A stretch of 64,000 nt of DNA, from assembly GCA_964434995.1 (NCBI GenBank), contig CAYSXO010000001.1, positions 14,900-78,899 on the forward strand, written 5' to 3'. The position numbers and the translations under genes were made by a program. The notes beneath the pieces were generated by a model. The model was given only the letters and a program-made list of their open reading frames with translations, was not told the DNA's origin and searched no databases. Source of the stretch: an uncultured Sphaerobacteraceae bacterium. GTDB taxonomy: Bacteria > Chloroflexota > Chloroflexia > Thermomicrobiales > UBA6265. Below are positions 9,553-18,878 of the stretch, in pieces (the first letter of the stretch is position 1; the number at the start of each line of letters is the position of its first letter).

Positions 9553-10733
9553 TGCCGATTGATCCGCACCGGCGCGCCGCCATTCAACAAGCGCTGGCCC
9601 AGGCCGGGCTGGATGCACTGTTCGTGCGGCTGGGTGAGAACCTGCTGCCTCTCACTGGGTATTGGCCGGGGCTGTGGCTCTCGGCGGCCCTGATTAAGCC
9701 AGACGGGGAGCCCATCCTGTTCTGCCCGGAGATGGAGGCCGAGCGGGCAGCACAGGGCTGGGCCACCGATGTGCGCACTTTCCGGTGTTGGCGGCTGGGC
9801 GACCCCGACCCCGAAGCCAGCCTAATCCAGCTGCTGCGCGATGCGGCTGGCAAGTTGGCAGGTCGGCGTGTGGGTTACGAAGGTGGCTTTGATCTGGTTG
9901 GCCCGGCTTTTGCGGCCTTGGAGCAGCCGGCGGCAGCGCGGGTGCAGATCGAGCGCGTGCTGTCGCAGGCGCTCGGTGAGGTGGAGTTGGTCGACGCGAC
10001 CGCGGCGCTGTATGCCATCCGCGCCGTCAAGACGCCGGCTGAACTGGTCCAGCTGCGCGTGGCGGCCGAGATCGCCGCGTTCGGGCTGGCGGCTTTCGTC
10101 GAGTACGCCGAGGCCGGGCGCACCGAAGTCGAAGTGGCGGCTGCGGTGGAGCGGGCGGTGATGGTCCAAGGTACCGGCTATCGGGGCACTCGCGTGGCGC
10201 GTGCCTGCGCTCAGGTGACAAGCGGATCCGATACCGATGCCTTCTGGGGATATCCCATCTCTCGGCCGCGCCCCCTCAGCGCAGGCGAGGTGGTGGTTCT
10301 GGAAATGGGGGTGGTCGCCGATGGATTCTGGGCCGATGTGGCACGGGTGCGAGTGGCGGGGTCCGGCGCGGCCGACGAGCGTGTGGCGGGCATGGCCGCG
10401 GCCGTGTGCGCGGCGCAGGATGCTGCCCTGGCCGCTATCCACCCCGGCGTGCCAGCCGCCGCCGTTGACCGGGCCAGCTACGACACGCTCCTGGCGCACA
10501 ACTTTGGTCCCTACCTGCAACACTCGCTCGGCCACGGGCTAGGCTTTCGCTACCACGAGCCGCTTCCGTTGCTCGACCCAGCTTCAACCGATGTGCTGGT
10601 TGAAGGCATGGTGCTGGCGATGGAACCAGGGGTCTACCTGCCCGGAGTGGCTGGGGTCCGCTACGAAAACAACGCCATTGTAACAGCCAACGGCGCTGAA
10701 CTGCTAACGACCTTTGGCCGCTCGCTGGCCTAA
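9552..10733 (+). CDS. M24-family metallopeptidase-fold protein (creatinase / Xaa-Pro peptidase / ectoine-hydrolase-like)
   Basis: The true start is the ATG at 9552, overlapping the ALDH stop (TGATG). The tracked ORF from 8880 is an in-frame run-on through the ALDH gene. It has a creatinase-N-like N-terminal half and C-terminal metal-ligand blocks 'HSLGHGLGFRYHEP', 'LAMEPGVY' and 'RYENNAIVT'. Confidence 0.8.
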   Translation: MPIDPHRRAAIQQALAQAGLDALFVRLGENLLPLTGYWPGLWLSAALIKPDGEPILFCPEMEAERAAQGWATDVRTFRCWRLGDPDPEASLIQLLRDAAGKLAGRRVGYEGGFDLVGPAFAALEQPAAARVQIERVLSQALGEVELVDATAALYAIRAVKTPAELVQLRVAAEIAAFGLAAFVEYAEAGRTEVEVAAAVERAVMVQGTGYRGTRVARACAQVTSGSDTDAFWGYPISRPRPLSAGEVVVLEMGVVADGFWADVARVRVAGSGAADERVAGMAAAVCAAQDAALAAIHPGVPAAAVDRASYDTLLAHNFGPYLQHSLGHGLGFRYHEPLPLLDPASTDVLVEGMVLAMEPGVYLPGVAGVRYENNAIVTANGAELLTTFGRSLA

Positions 10734-10737
10734 CGCG

Positions 10738-11835
10738 ATGACGACGATCCCGCTCGACCTGCGCCTGGAACTGGACTACAAGCCTCACTTGCCGCCCAAG
10801 ACGGACTACGGCATAGCTTTCGTGGGCGCGGGGGGCATCGTCAACTTTGCCCATATCCCAGCCTACCGCAAGGCAGGCTTTCAGATGCTCGGCTGCTACG
10901 ACATCCGTCCGGAGGCCGCCGAGAAGACCGCCCGCGAGCACGACTTGCCGCGCGTCTACCTCACCCTAGAGGCGCTGCTGGCCGACCCGGCGGTGAACAT
11001 TGTGGACATCGCAGTGCTACCCTGGCACCAGCTTGAAGTGGTGCGCCAGGCGGCGGCAGCTGGGAAACACTTGCTCTGTCAGAAGCCCCTATCCGACAAG
11101 TACGCTGACGCTGTGGAGATCGTGCGGGTGGCCGAGGCGGCTGGAGTGACGCTGGCGGTCAACCATCAACTGCGCTGGGGGTCGGGTATCCGCGCAGCCA
11201 GGGCACTGCTCGACGGGGGTTGGCTGGGCGAGTTGATCGAAGCCCAGTTCATGGTCAGCACGCTTACCCCATTCGAATATTGGCCCTGGATGGCTGATTA
11301 CCCGCGCTACGACATCCTGCTCGACAGCATTCACTATATCGACGCTTTTCGTTTCTTGTTTGGCGATCCTGATCTGGTGACCAGCCGCCACAGCCGCCTG
11401 CCCGGCCAGGCCTTCAAGGGCGAAACCAAGACGATCTCAATCTGGGACTATCCCAACGGCTTTCAAGCCCTGATCGCGCAAAATGCGCACGATTGGACCA
11501 CCGATCGCTATGCGTTCTGCCGCATTCTGGGCCGCGACGGCTGGGCACGGAGTACGCTGCGGTCGGCTCTCGAATATCCCAACATTCAGCCCGACACCAT
11601 CGAGTGGCTTTCGCGAGAGCGCTATCCCCGGCACCGGTTTCACCTAACGCTTGAAGGCACCTGGATCCCGGACGCCTTCGTCGGCCCGATGGCGTCACTA
11701 ATGGAGGCGATCCAGACGGGCGGCGTGCCGGCCACGCCCGGCGCCGACAGCTTGGGCACCTTGCGCGTCGTCGAAGCCTGTTATCGGTCGGCTGCAGAAC
11801 ATCGTTCGGTGGCGCCGAGCGAGATCACCGCCTGA
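10738..11835 (+). CDS. Gfo/Idh/MocA-family NAD(P)-dependent oxidoreductase
   Basis: 'YGIAFVGAGGIVNFAHIPAYRKAG' is a Rossmann start, and 'LCQKPL' is the family signature. The ATG at 10738 lies just after the upstream TAA (10731-10733). Confidence 0.8.
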   Translation: MTTIPLDLRLELDYKPHLPPKTDYGIAFVGAGGIVNFAHIPAYRKAGFQMLGCYDIRPEAAEKTAREHDLPRVYLTLEALLADPAVNIVDIAVLPWHQLEVVRQAAAAGKHLLCQKPLSDKYADAVEIVRVAEAAGVTLAVNHQLRWGSGIRAARALLDGGWLGELIEAQFMVSTLTPFEYWPWMADYPRYDILLDSIHYIDAFRFLFGDPDLVTSRHSRLPGQAFKGETKTISIWDYPNGFQALIAQNAHDWTTDRYAFCRILGRDGWARSTLRSALEYPNIQPDTIEWLSRERYPRHRFHLTLEGTWIPDAFVGPMASLMEAIQTGGVPATPGADSLGTLRVVEACYRSAAEHRSVAPSEITA

Positions 11836-11862
11836 GCACAGCTTGAGGGAGAAGGGAATGCT

Positions 11863-12846
11863 ATGGAGGCAATAGAAACGGTCGGCCTTACGCCGGAGCA
11901 ATTGATCAGCATCTACCGCCACATGCTGCTCATCCGCCGCTTTGAAGAGGCGTTGAAAGACCTGTACGCGCGCGGTGATATGCCCGGCCTGGCCCACGTC
12001 TACATCGGCGAGGAAGCCGTGGCGGTCGGCGTGTGCACGGCGCTGCGCGGCGACGACTACATCACCAGCACCCATCGCGGCCACGGGCACGTCATTGCCA
12101 AGGGCGGCGACATCCGCCGGATGATGGCCGAGGTTATGGGCCGGCGCGATGGCTACTGCAAGGGCAAGGGCGGCGAGATGCATATCGCCGATTTCGAAGT
12201 GGGGATGCTGGGCGCGAACGGTATCGTCGGCGGCGGGTTAAGCCTGGCGACTGGCGCGGCCCTCGCCGCCCGCGTGCGCAGCACCGACCAGGTAGCCGTG
12301 TGTTTCTTCGGCGACGGCGGGGCCAACCAGGGCGTATTTGTCGAGACCATGAACATGGCCGCCACCTGGAAGCTGCCGATGATTTACGTGTGCGAGAACA
12401 ACACAGTGATGGAGTATACCGACTCGCGCCGGGTCAACGCTAACATGGAGATCGCGGAGCGCGGCAAGCCGTTTGGACTGGCGACCCAGGCGGTTGACGG
12501 CATGGACGTTCTGGCCGTCTATGAGGCCGCGCGTGATGCCGTGGCGCGCGCGCGCGCTGGGCAGGGGCCGTCGCTGATCGAGGCCAAGACTTACCGCTTC
12601 GAGGGTCATCACCAGGGCGATGTGCGCCAGAACATCTACAAGAAGCCGGAGGAGATCACCTATTGGAAAGGACGTGACCCGCTGCCAGCCTTTGCCCAGT
12701 CACTGCGCGCGGCGAAGGTGGCCGATGGTGACCTGCTGGAAGAGCTCGACGCCGAGATTGTCGCGTCCGTCGAGGCGGCCGTGGCGTTCGGCAAAGCGTC
12801 GCCTGCGCCCAGCTTGGAGGAGTTAAGCCACGATGTCTACGCGTGA
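11863..12846 (+). CDS. Thiamine-diphosphate-dependent 2-oxoacid (pyruvate/acetoin) dehydrogenase E1 alpha subunit
   Basis: 327-aa ORF. Motifs: 'YITSTHRGHGHVIAKG' and the TPP-binding block 'FFGDGGANQGVFVETMNMAATWKLPMIYVCENN'. Confidence 0.9.
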   Translation: MEAIETVGLTPEQLISIYRHMLLIRRFEEALKDLYARGDMPGLAHVYIGEEAVAVGVCTALRGDDYITSTHRGHGHVIAKGGDIRRMMAEVMGRRDGYCKGKGGEMHIADFEVGMLGANGIVGGGLSLATGAALAARVRSTDQVAVCFFGDGGANQGVFVETMNMAATWKLPMIYVCENNTVMEYTDSRRVNANMEIAERGKPFGLATQAVDGMDVLAVYEAARDAVARARAGQGPSLIEAKTYRFEGHHQGDVRQNIYKKPEEITYWKGRDPLPAFAQSLRAAKVADGDLLEELDAEIVASVEAAVAFGKASPAPSLEELSHDVYA

Positions 12847-13813
12847 GCTGACCTTCGTTGACGCGATCCGTGAGGCTATTGCTGAGGAAATGCGCACGGA
12901 TGCGTCGGTGTTCCTGATGGGTGAGGATGTGGGCCTCGCCGATGGAGTCTTCAAGGCCAGCGCCGGCCTCTACAGCGAGTTTGGTCCGCTGCGCATCATT
13001 GACACGCCGATCTCGGAAGAAGGCTTCACCGGTTTGGGGGTGGGCGCGGCACTGGCCAACACGCGCCCCATCGTAGAGCTGCTGTTCGGCGACTTCTCGG
13101 CCTTGGCCATGGACGCGATTGTGAATCAGGCGGCCAAGATTCGCTATATGACCGGCGGCCAGGCGCGCGTTCCGTTGACCATCCGCCTGACAATGGGCGC
13201 GGGGCGCTCACTAGCAGCGCAGCACTCACAGAGCCTGCAAGCCTGGTTTGCCCACATCCCGGGCTTGAAGGTCGTCATGCCATCCACGCCTTACGACGCC
13301 AAAGGACTCCTGAAAAGCGCCATCCGCGACGACAACCCGGTGCTCTTCTTTGAAGACAAGCTCATGTATGCCTCGGTCAAAGGACCGGTGCCGCAAGAGG
13401 AGTATTTCTTGCAGTTCGGCCAGGCCGACATCAAGCGCAGCGGCGCGCACGTCAGTGTGGTGGCGACCGCCCGCATGGTGCACGTGGCGCTCGAGGCTGC
13501 CGCCGATTTGAGCCAGGAGGGGATAGAACTGGAGGTGATTGACCCGCGCACGATTTCGCCCCTCGACCGCGACACCATTGTGGCCTCGGTGCGCAAGACC
13601 AAACGTCTGGTGGTGCTCGATCAAGGTTACCGCCATTGCGGCGTGGCGGCGGAAGTGATTGCCTCGGTGGCCGAAAGCGCATTCGACTACCTGGACGCGC
13701 CTCCGGTGCGTTTGAGCGCGCCGGACGTGCCAGTGCCCTTTGCACCGACTCTGGAAGGGGCCATCACCCCAACCAAGGAGCAGTTGGTCGCGGCCGTGCG
13801 GGAGATGATGTGA
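12833..13813 (+). CDS. 2-oxoacid (pyruvate/acetoin) dehydrogenase E1 beta subunit
   Basis: 326-aa ORF. 'FLMGEDVG...GVFKASAGLYSEFGPLRIIDTPISEEGFTG' is typical of E1 beta. It overlaps the E1 alpha stop. Confidence 0.9.
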   Translation: MSTRELTFVDAIREAIAEEMRTDASVFLMGEDVGLADGVFKASAGLYSEFGPLRIIDTPISEEGFTGLGVGAALANTRPIVELLFGDFSALAMDAIVNQAAKIRYMTGGQARVPLTIRLTMGAGRSLAAQHSQSLQAWFAHIPGLKVVMPSTPYDAKGLLKSAIRDDNPVLFFEDKLMYASVKGPVPQEEYFLQFGQADIKRSGAHVSVVATARMVHVALEAAADLSQEGIELEVIDPRTISPLDRDTIVASVRKTKRLVVLDQGYRHCGVAAEVIASVAESAFDYLDAPPVRLSAPDVPVPFAPTLEGAITPTKEQLVAAVREMM

Positions 13814-14958
13814 ACGCCACCGACCTAGTGATGCCCCGCATGGGGGCGACCATGACCGAAGGGGTGATCGTGCGGTGGCTGAAGCAGCCGGGCCAGGCCG
13901 TGCTGAGAGACGAGCCGGTGCTGGAGATCGAGACCGACAAGTCCACCGTCGAGCTCACCGCGCCCGCGGCAGGAGTACTTGGCCCCTGGCTGGCCGAGGT
14001 GGGGCAGACAGTACCCATTGGCCGGGCGCTGGTCGTGATCCGCCCCGCGGATGGAGCGGAACCGGCCCAGCCAGCTGAGGTACGCGCATCGCCTGTCGCC
14101 AAGCGCGTGGCGCGGGTGCACGGTATTGACTTGGCGGCCCTGAAAGGCACCGGCCCCGGCGGGCGCATTGTCGAAGAGGATGTGATGCGCGCCGTGGCCG
14201 CCCAGGGCAGCCCGACCATAGCCGAGCCTCAGCTGTTAGCTGTCCCTTCACCGGACCCGGTTGCCGCACCTGCGGAAATCAAGCGTGACCCACTGTCGGG
14301 GCTGCGCCGCATCACCGCCGAGCGCATGGCGCAGAGCTTTTCCACCGCCCCGCACTTCTATCTGCAGGTCGAAGTTGATGCCGGCGCGCTCGCGGCCTGG
14401 CTCGACAGACTCAACCGTCCACCCGTCGAAGCGGCGATCACCACTTACACCGATTTGCTCATCAAGCTAACGGCGGCGGCGTTGCGTGACCACCCTCGCG
14501 CCAACGCTCGGTGGGATGGCGACGGCGTCAGCTTCGGGCTGACCGTCAATTTGGGCCTGGCCGTGGCAACCGCCAAAGGACTGGTCGTCCCGGTGCTGCG
14601 CCGGGTGGAACAGTGTTCGCTGCGCGAGGTGAGCCGGCTGCGAGCCGAACTCGTCAGCCGTGCGCAGGCGGGCAAATTGCTGCCCGACGATTACGCGGAC
14701 GGCACCTTTACCCTAAGCAACCTGGGCATGTATCGGGTGGACTCGTTCCAGGCCATTCTCAACCCGCCACAGAGCGCCATCCTGGCGGTAGGGCGCATCA
14801 AGCCACGCCCCTACGTCGTCGCGGGCGCGCTGGCCGTCCGCCCCACGCTGCACCTGAATCTGACGGCTGACCACCGGGTGCTCGACGGAGCTGAGGCAGC
14901 GCACTTTCTAGATCGCCTGGTTGAACTGATTGAGACGCCGTCGCTGTTGATCGAATAA
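13810..14958 (+). CDS. Dihydrolipoamide acyltransferase (E2) with lipoyl, E1/E3-binding and catalytic domains
   Basis: The GTG at 13810 overlaps the E1 beta stop (GTGA). It has a lipoyl domain 'LEIETDKSTVEL', a subunit-binding domain 'ASPVAKRVARVHGIDLAALKGTGPGGRIVEEDV', and the catalytic motif 'DHRVLDGAEAA'. The tracked start at 13636 is a run-on inside E1 beta. Confidence 0.9.
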   Translation: MNATDLVMPRMGATMTEGVIVRWLKQPGQAVLRDEPVLEIETDKSTVELTAPAAGVLGPWLAEVGQTVPIGRALVVIRPADGAEPAQPAEVRASPVAKRVARVHGIDLAALKGTGPGGRIVEEDVMRAVAAQGSPTIAEPQLLAVPSPDPVAAPAEIKRDPLSGLRRITAERMAQSFSTAPHFYLQVEVDAGALAAWLDRLNRPPVEAAITTYTDLLIKLTAAALRDHPRANARWDGDGVSFGLTVNLGLAVATAKGLVVPVLRRVEQCSLREVSRLRAELVSRAQAGKLLPDDYADGTFTLSNLGMYRVDSFQAILNPPQSAILAVGRIKPRPYVVAGALAVRPTLHLNLTADHRVLDGAEAAHFLDRLVELIETPSLLIE

Positions 14959-14978
14959 TTCAAGTTGAGGACACTGCT

Positions 14979-15746
14979 ATGAACCGCGAAGACGAGATCA
15001 AACAAGGACTGTACGACCACACCCTAGTCGGTCACCACAAAGAGGTCCGGGAGTTGACCGAGGAGGCCATTGCCCTCGGCATGAAGCCCCTTGACCTGCT
15101 GTTTGGGGCCCTCATCCCCTCGCTGCAGGAGGTGGGCCGCCGCTTCGAGGTGGGCGATTATTTTGTGCCAGAGATGCTGCTGGCGGCCAAGGCTATGCAG
15201 CAGGCCCTAAACCTGTTACGGCCGCTGCTGGCACAGACCGGGGCCAAACCCATCGGCAAGGTCGTGATGCTGACGGTGAAAGGCGACCTGCACGACATCG
15301 GCAAGAACTTGTGCGACATGATGTTGGAGGGCGCGGGGTTCGAGGTCTATGACCTGGGCGTCAACATCGCGCCGGAAAAGTTGGTGGCCGGTGTAAAGCA
15401 GCATGAGCCGCAGCTTGTCGGCTTCTCCGCCTTTCTGACGACGACCATGCCGATGTTCAAGGTCAACATGGAGGCCCTGGCGAAGGAAGGGTTGCGCGAC
15501 AAGGTACGAGTGATGGTGGGTGGCGCGCCCGTGACGCAGCTCTACGCCGACAAGGCGGGCGCCGACGGCTACGCGCCCGATGCCAGTGCCACGGTGCGGC
15601 TGGCGAAGCGTTTGATGAGTGAGATGGGCTATGACATCACCGGCGGCCGCGAAGCCTCGGCCGAAGCAACCGCCGCCGTCACCGCCATGGAGCAGTTGAT
15701 GGATCAGGTTGGGCAGGCTGAGGCGCAAGAGGGCCAGACGTCGTGA
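14979..15746 (+). CDS. Cobalamin-binding corrinoid protein of a methyltransferase system (MtaC/MtbC-like)
   Basis: 255-aa ORF. It has an N-terminal helical cap and a B12-binding Rossmann domain with the D-x-H-x-x-G motif 'GDLHDIGKN', then 'GFSAFLTTTM' and 'VMVGGAPV'. Confidence 0.85.
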   Translation: MNREDEIKQGLYDHTLVGHHKEVRELTEEAIALGMKPLDLLFGALIPSLQEVGRRFEVGDYFVPEMLLAAKAMQQALNLLRPLLAQTGAKPIGKVVMLTVKGDLHDIGKNLCDMMLEGAGFEVYDLGVNIAPEKLVAGVKQHEPQLVGFSAFLTTTMPMFKVNMEALAKEGLRDKVRVMVGGAPVTQLYADKAGADGYAPDASATVRLAKRLMSEMGYDITGGREASAEATAAVTAMEQLMDQVGQAEAQEGQTS

Positions 15747-16864
15747 ACGGTCGGGAGCGCTTCCTGACAGCGCTGCGCGGCGGTGTGCCCGATCGTGTGC
15801 CCATTTACGAGTTCCACTGGAACCCGCGCTTCATCGAGAACGTGTTGGGCCGGCCGGCCGGCAAGCACAACGTGGATGACGAGGTCGAGATGTCACGCCG
15901 CACCGGCATTGACATGGTGTGGAGCGCGGCCTACGGCTTTTCGGCGCTCTACAACTGCCAGTACGAAGGCGACATCGAGCACTACCGCGACGAGTGGGGC
16001 ACACAGTATGGCACCAACGAGCACGCCTGGCCCGCCGGCTGGCCCGAAGATTATGCCGTCAACTCGCGCGAGGACTGGGAGCGAATCCAAGTGCCCGATC
16101 CTTGGCACCCGCGCCAGGTCGAGCAGCCGCGCCGCGCGGTAGAGTTGGCGGCCAACGAGTTGGCCGTGCTCGGCGGCGTGCGTGGCCCATTCTCGGGCGT
16201 GTGGATGCTGGCTGGACTGGTCAACCTAAGCCTGTGGGTCTACGAGGACCCCGACTTCTTGCAGGAATTGTTCCGCGTGATCGGCCAATGGAACACGCAG
16301 CTTGGCTTGGCCCTAATCCAAACCGGCGTAGACGCCATCGTCATCAACGACGACTATGGCATGAACGACAAGACCTTTATCAGCCCAGCCGATTGGCGCC
16401 GCCTGGTGCTGCCGGTGGTGGCCGAACAGGTGGAGACCCTCGCAGCCACTGGAACCCCCATCATCCTGCACAGCGACGGCAACCTCAACGCCATTCTCGA
16501 CGACCTGGTTCAGTTGCGTATTGATGGCCTGCACCCGCTCCAACGCTCGGCTCGCATGGACATCGCCGCCGTCAAGCAAAAGTATGGCGATCGGCTGTGC
16601 CTGCTGGGCAACTTGAGCGTTACCACCACCCTGCCGCACGGCACGGCCGACGATGTGGCCCGTGAGACTCTGGAATGCCTGCGCGACGCGGCGCCGGGCG
16701 GCGGGTACATCCTCGCCGCCGACCACTCGTTCCATGGCGGTGTGCCGATCGAAAACGTCTGGCGCGCGCTCGAGACCTGCCGCCGGTTTGGAACATATCC
16801 GCTGGATTTGCCGGCGATTGAAACCGAATGGGCGCGCTTGAAACCCACGGAGGCGACAGCATGA
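15743..16864 (+). CDS. URO-D/MtaA-family methyltransferase-like protein
   Basis: 373-aa ORF with a GTGA overlap with the corrinoid-protein stop. The N-terminus 'MNGRERFLTALRGGVPDRVPIYE' is typical. It carries 'LHSDGN' where its paralogues have H-x-C-G. Confidence 0.7.
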   Translation: MNGRERFLTALRGGVPDRVPIYEFHWNPRFIENVLGRPAGKHNVDDEVEMSRRTGIDMVWSAAYGFSALYNCQYEGDIEHYRDEWGTQYGTNEHAWPAGWPEDYAVNSREDWERIQVPDPWHPRQVEQPRRAVELAANELAVLGGVRGPFSGVWMLAGLVNLSLWVYEDPDFLQELFRVIGQWNTQLGLALIQTGVDAIVINDDYGMNDKTFISPADWRRLVLPVVAEQVETLAATGTPIILHSDGNLNAILDDLVQLRIDGLHPLQRSARMDIAAVKQKYGDRLCLLGNLSVTTTLPHGTADDVARETLECLRDAAPGGGYILAADHSFHGGVPIENVWRALETCRRFGTYPLDLPAIETEWARLKPTEATA

Positions 16865-17985
16865 GCGCGGTCCAAGACGGTTTTGACCCGCGGCCGCATC
16901 TCGACCAACTCGAGGAGTTAGTGGATGTTGAGCAGCAGCGCCGCGCCGAGGCCCGCCAGCTGGCGGCCCTGAAATTCGAGCCCCTGGACCGTCGCCCGAC
17001 CATTGTGACCTGCCGCGCCGATTGGAGCCACGCCCAGGAGGATTGGGCGCCGGGCTGGCCGTCCATTCCCTACGGCGAAACCTTCACCAACGCCGCCAAA
17101 ATGCTCATCAGCGAACTGGCGCGGGTGTACGAGGGCGCGCTGCTTCAGGATGACCGCGTCTTTACCATCCGGGCCAACTACGGGCTGGTGCTGATCACCT
17201 CCATTGTCGGGGCCGACTACTGGCAGGACGGTGACAACATGCCCTGGCCCATGCCCGTGGAGAGCTTGGCAGCGGTGCGGGCCATCATTGACCGCGGCAT
17301 GCCCGACCTGAATGCCGGTCTGGGGCGGCAGGTCTGGGAGACGGAGGCCTACTTCCGCGAGACCCTGGCCCAATACCCCAAGCTAGCGCAGACCGTCCAC
17401 ATAGGCTGCCCCGACCCGCAAGGCCCGTTTAACTTGGCGACCAACCTGGCCGGCGCGGCCATCTACCTGGCGACGCTCGAAGAGCCGGATATCGTCCATG
17501 ACGTGCTGGATTTTTTCGTGCCGATCTATATCGCGGTGATCGAAAAGCACAAGCTGCTCGTCGGCGAGGCGCCCGAGGCCGGCTACACCTTTAGCTGCCG
17601 GCTGCGGGGCGGCGGCCGTATCGTGGATGATACGGGCGTGATGCTCTCGGCCGAGATGTACCGCGAGTTCTGCGTGCCGCGCAACGCCCGCATTGCCACG
17701 GCGCTGGGCGGCTCCTTGGGTCACTTTTGCGGCAAGGGCATCCACTTCTACGAGGACTTCGTAAGCACCCCCGGCATCACCAGCCTTAACTTCGGCCAGC
17801 CGGAACTGCACGATCTGGTTCAGCGCTACGAGGTCGCCCGGCCGCACAAGGTCTGCCTGATGTGGGATGGTCACATTCCGCTTGAGGCTGACCACCTCAC
17901 CACCGGCATCATTCATCGTCGGGTTGTGCCGACCTGGCCAGAGGCTCAGGTCGTCGCCAACCAAATCTTTCGATCCGAGTCATGA
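16861..17985 (+). CDS. Divergent URO-D-like superfamily protein (possible third methyltransferase paralogue)
   Basis: The ATG at 16861 overlaps the upstream stop (ATGA). It has 'LGHFCGKG' (H-x-C-G), and its overall length and pattern resemble its neighbours. The assignment is weak. Confidence 0.45.
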   Translation: MSAVQDGFDPRPHLDQLEELVDVEQQRRAEARQLAALKFEPLDRRPTIVTCRADWSHAQEDWAPGWPSIPYGETFTNAAKMLISELARVYEGALLQDDRVFTIRANYGLVLITSIVGADYWQDGDNMPWPMPVESLAAVRAIIDRGMPDLNAGLGRQVWETEAYFRETLAQYPKLAQTVHIGCPDPQGPFNLATNLAGAAIYLATLEEPDIVHDVLDFFVPIYIAVIEKHKLLVGEAPEAGYTFSCRLRGGGRIVDDTGVMLSAEMYREFCVPRNARIATALGGSLGHFCGKGIHFYEDFVSTPGITSLNFGQPELHDLVQRYEVARPHKVCLMWDGHIPLEADHLTTGIIHRRVVPTWPEAQVVANQIFRSES

Positions 17986-18848
17986 ACGTCGCCATCGTTT
18001 TTGGCTTTTTGGGCGCGGGCAAGACCACCCTTATCCGGCGGCTGCTGGCGACGGCTGTTGCGCCGGGGCAGGTAGCCGTGCTGGTCAATGACTTCGGCCA
18101 GGTGAACGTGGATGGCAATACCCTGAGCGGTGAACACCTGCGAGTCCTGCCTCTCGCGTCCGGCTGCATTTGCTGCAGCCTGTCGGGTGCATTCGTGCCG
18201 GCGGTCGAGGAGTTGCATGCGCAGTGGCGGCCGGAGTGGCTCGTCATCGAGCCAACCGGGGTGGCCGCGCCCTATGCGCTGGAGGCGCTGCTGCGCGGCG
18301 AGCGGCTGGCCCGCATCGCCCGACTGGCGTGCGTGCTCACTGTTGTGGATGCCAGCCGCTTCAACCGTTACCGTCCCAAGCTGGGCGAGTTTTACACCGC
18401 CCAGGTGGAGCAGGCCGACCTTATCGTGATGAACAAGACTGATCTCGCGACGGCGGCGGAACAGCAGGCGACCGAGACCGCCTTACGCGCCCTGAACCCC
18501 ACCGGCCGGCTGATCGCCACCCAGTTCAGCCAGGTCAATTGGCGCGACGTGCTCTCCATCGGGGAGAGTGCTGCTCAGACCGAGGGCCACGTCCACGCGC
18601 CCGAGTTCGACACAGTTGAGCTGGCCTTGCCACCGCAAACTCGGGCTACATTGGAAGCCGCCTTTTCAGTCATCGGTTCCGGCGCACATGGCCGCATCTA
18701 CCGCGCCAAGGGCGTCGGCTTGATTGATGGGCAGGCCATGCTTATCAACTATGTAGACGGCTTGCTCCACCTGGAAGCGTCGACGGCCGACCCAACGCCG
18801 CTCGTCGTCATCGGGCACGATCTCGATCTTTCAGGCTGGGACGGTTAA
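17982..18848 (+). CDS. COG0523/CobW-family G3E GTPase (putative metallochaperone)
   Basis: 288-aa ORF. Motifs: Walker A 'GFLGAGKTTLIRRLL', metal-binding 'GCICCS', and 'LIVMNKTDL'. ATGA overlap with the upstream gene. Confidence 0.85.
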   Translation: MNVAIVFGFLGAGKTTLIRRLLATAVAPGQVAVLVNDFGQVNVDGNTLSGEHLRVLPLASGCICCSLSGAFVPAVEELHAQWRPEWLVIEPTGVAAPYALEALLRGERLARIARLACVLTVVDASRFNRYRPKLGEFYTAQVEQADLIVMNKTDLATAAEQQATETALRALNPTGRLIATQFSQVNWRDVLSIGESAAQTEGHVHAPEFDTVELALPPQTRATLEAAFSVIGSGAHGRIYRAKGVGLIDGQAMLINYVDGLLHLEASTADPTPLVVIGHDLDLSGWDG

Positions 18849-18878
18849 GCCGCTCCACCCTTCATACAGGAGTGCTAG

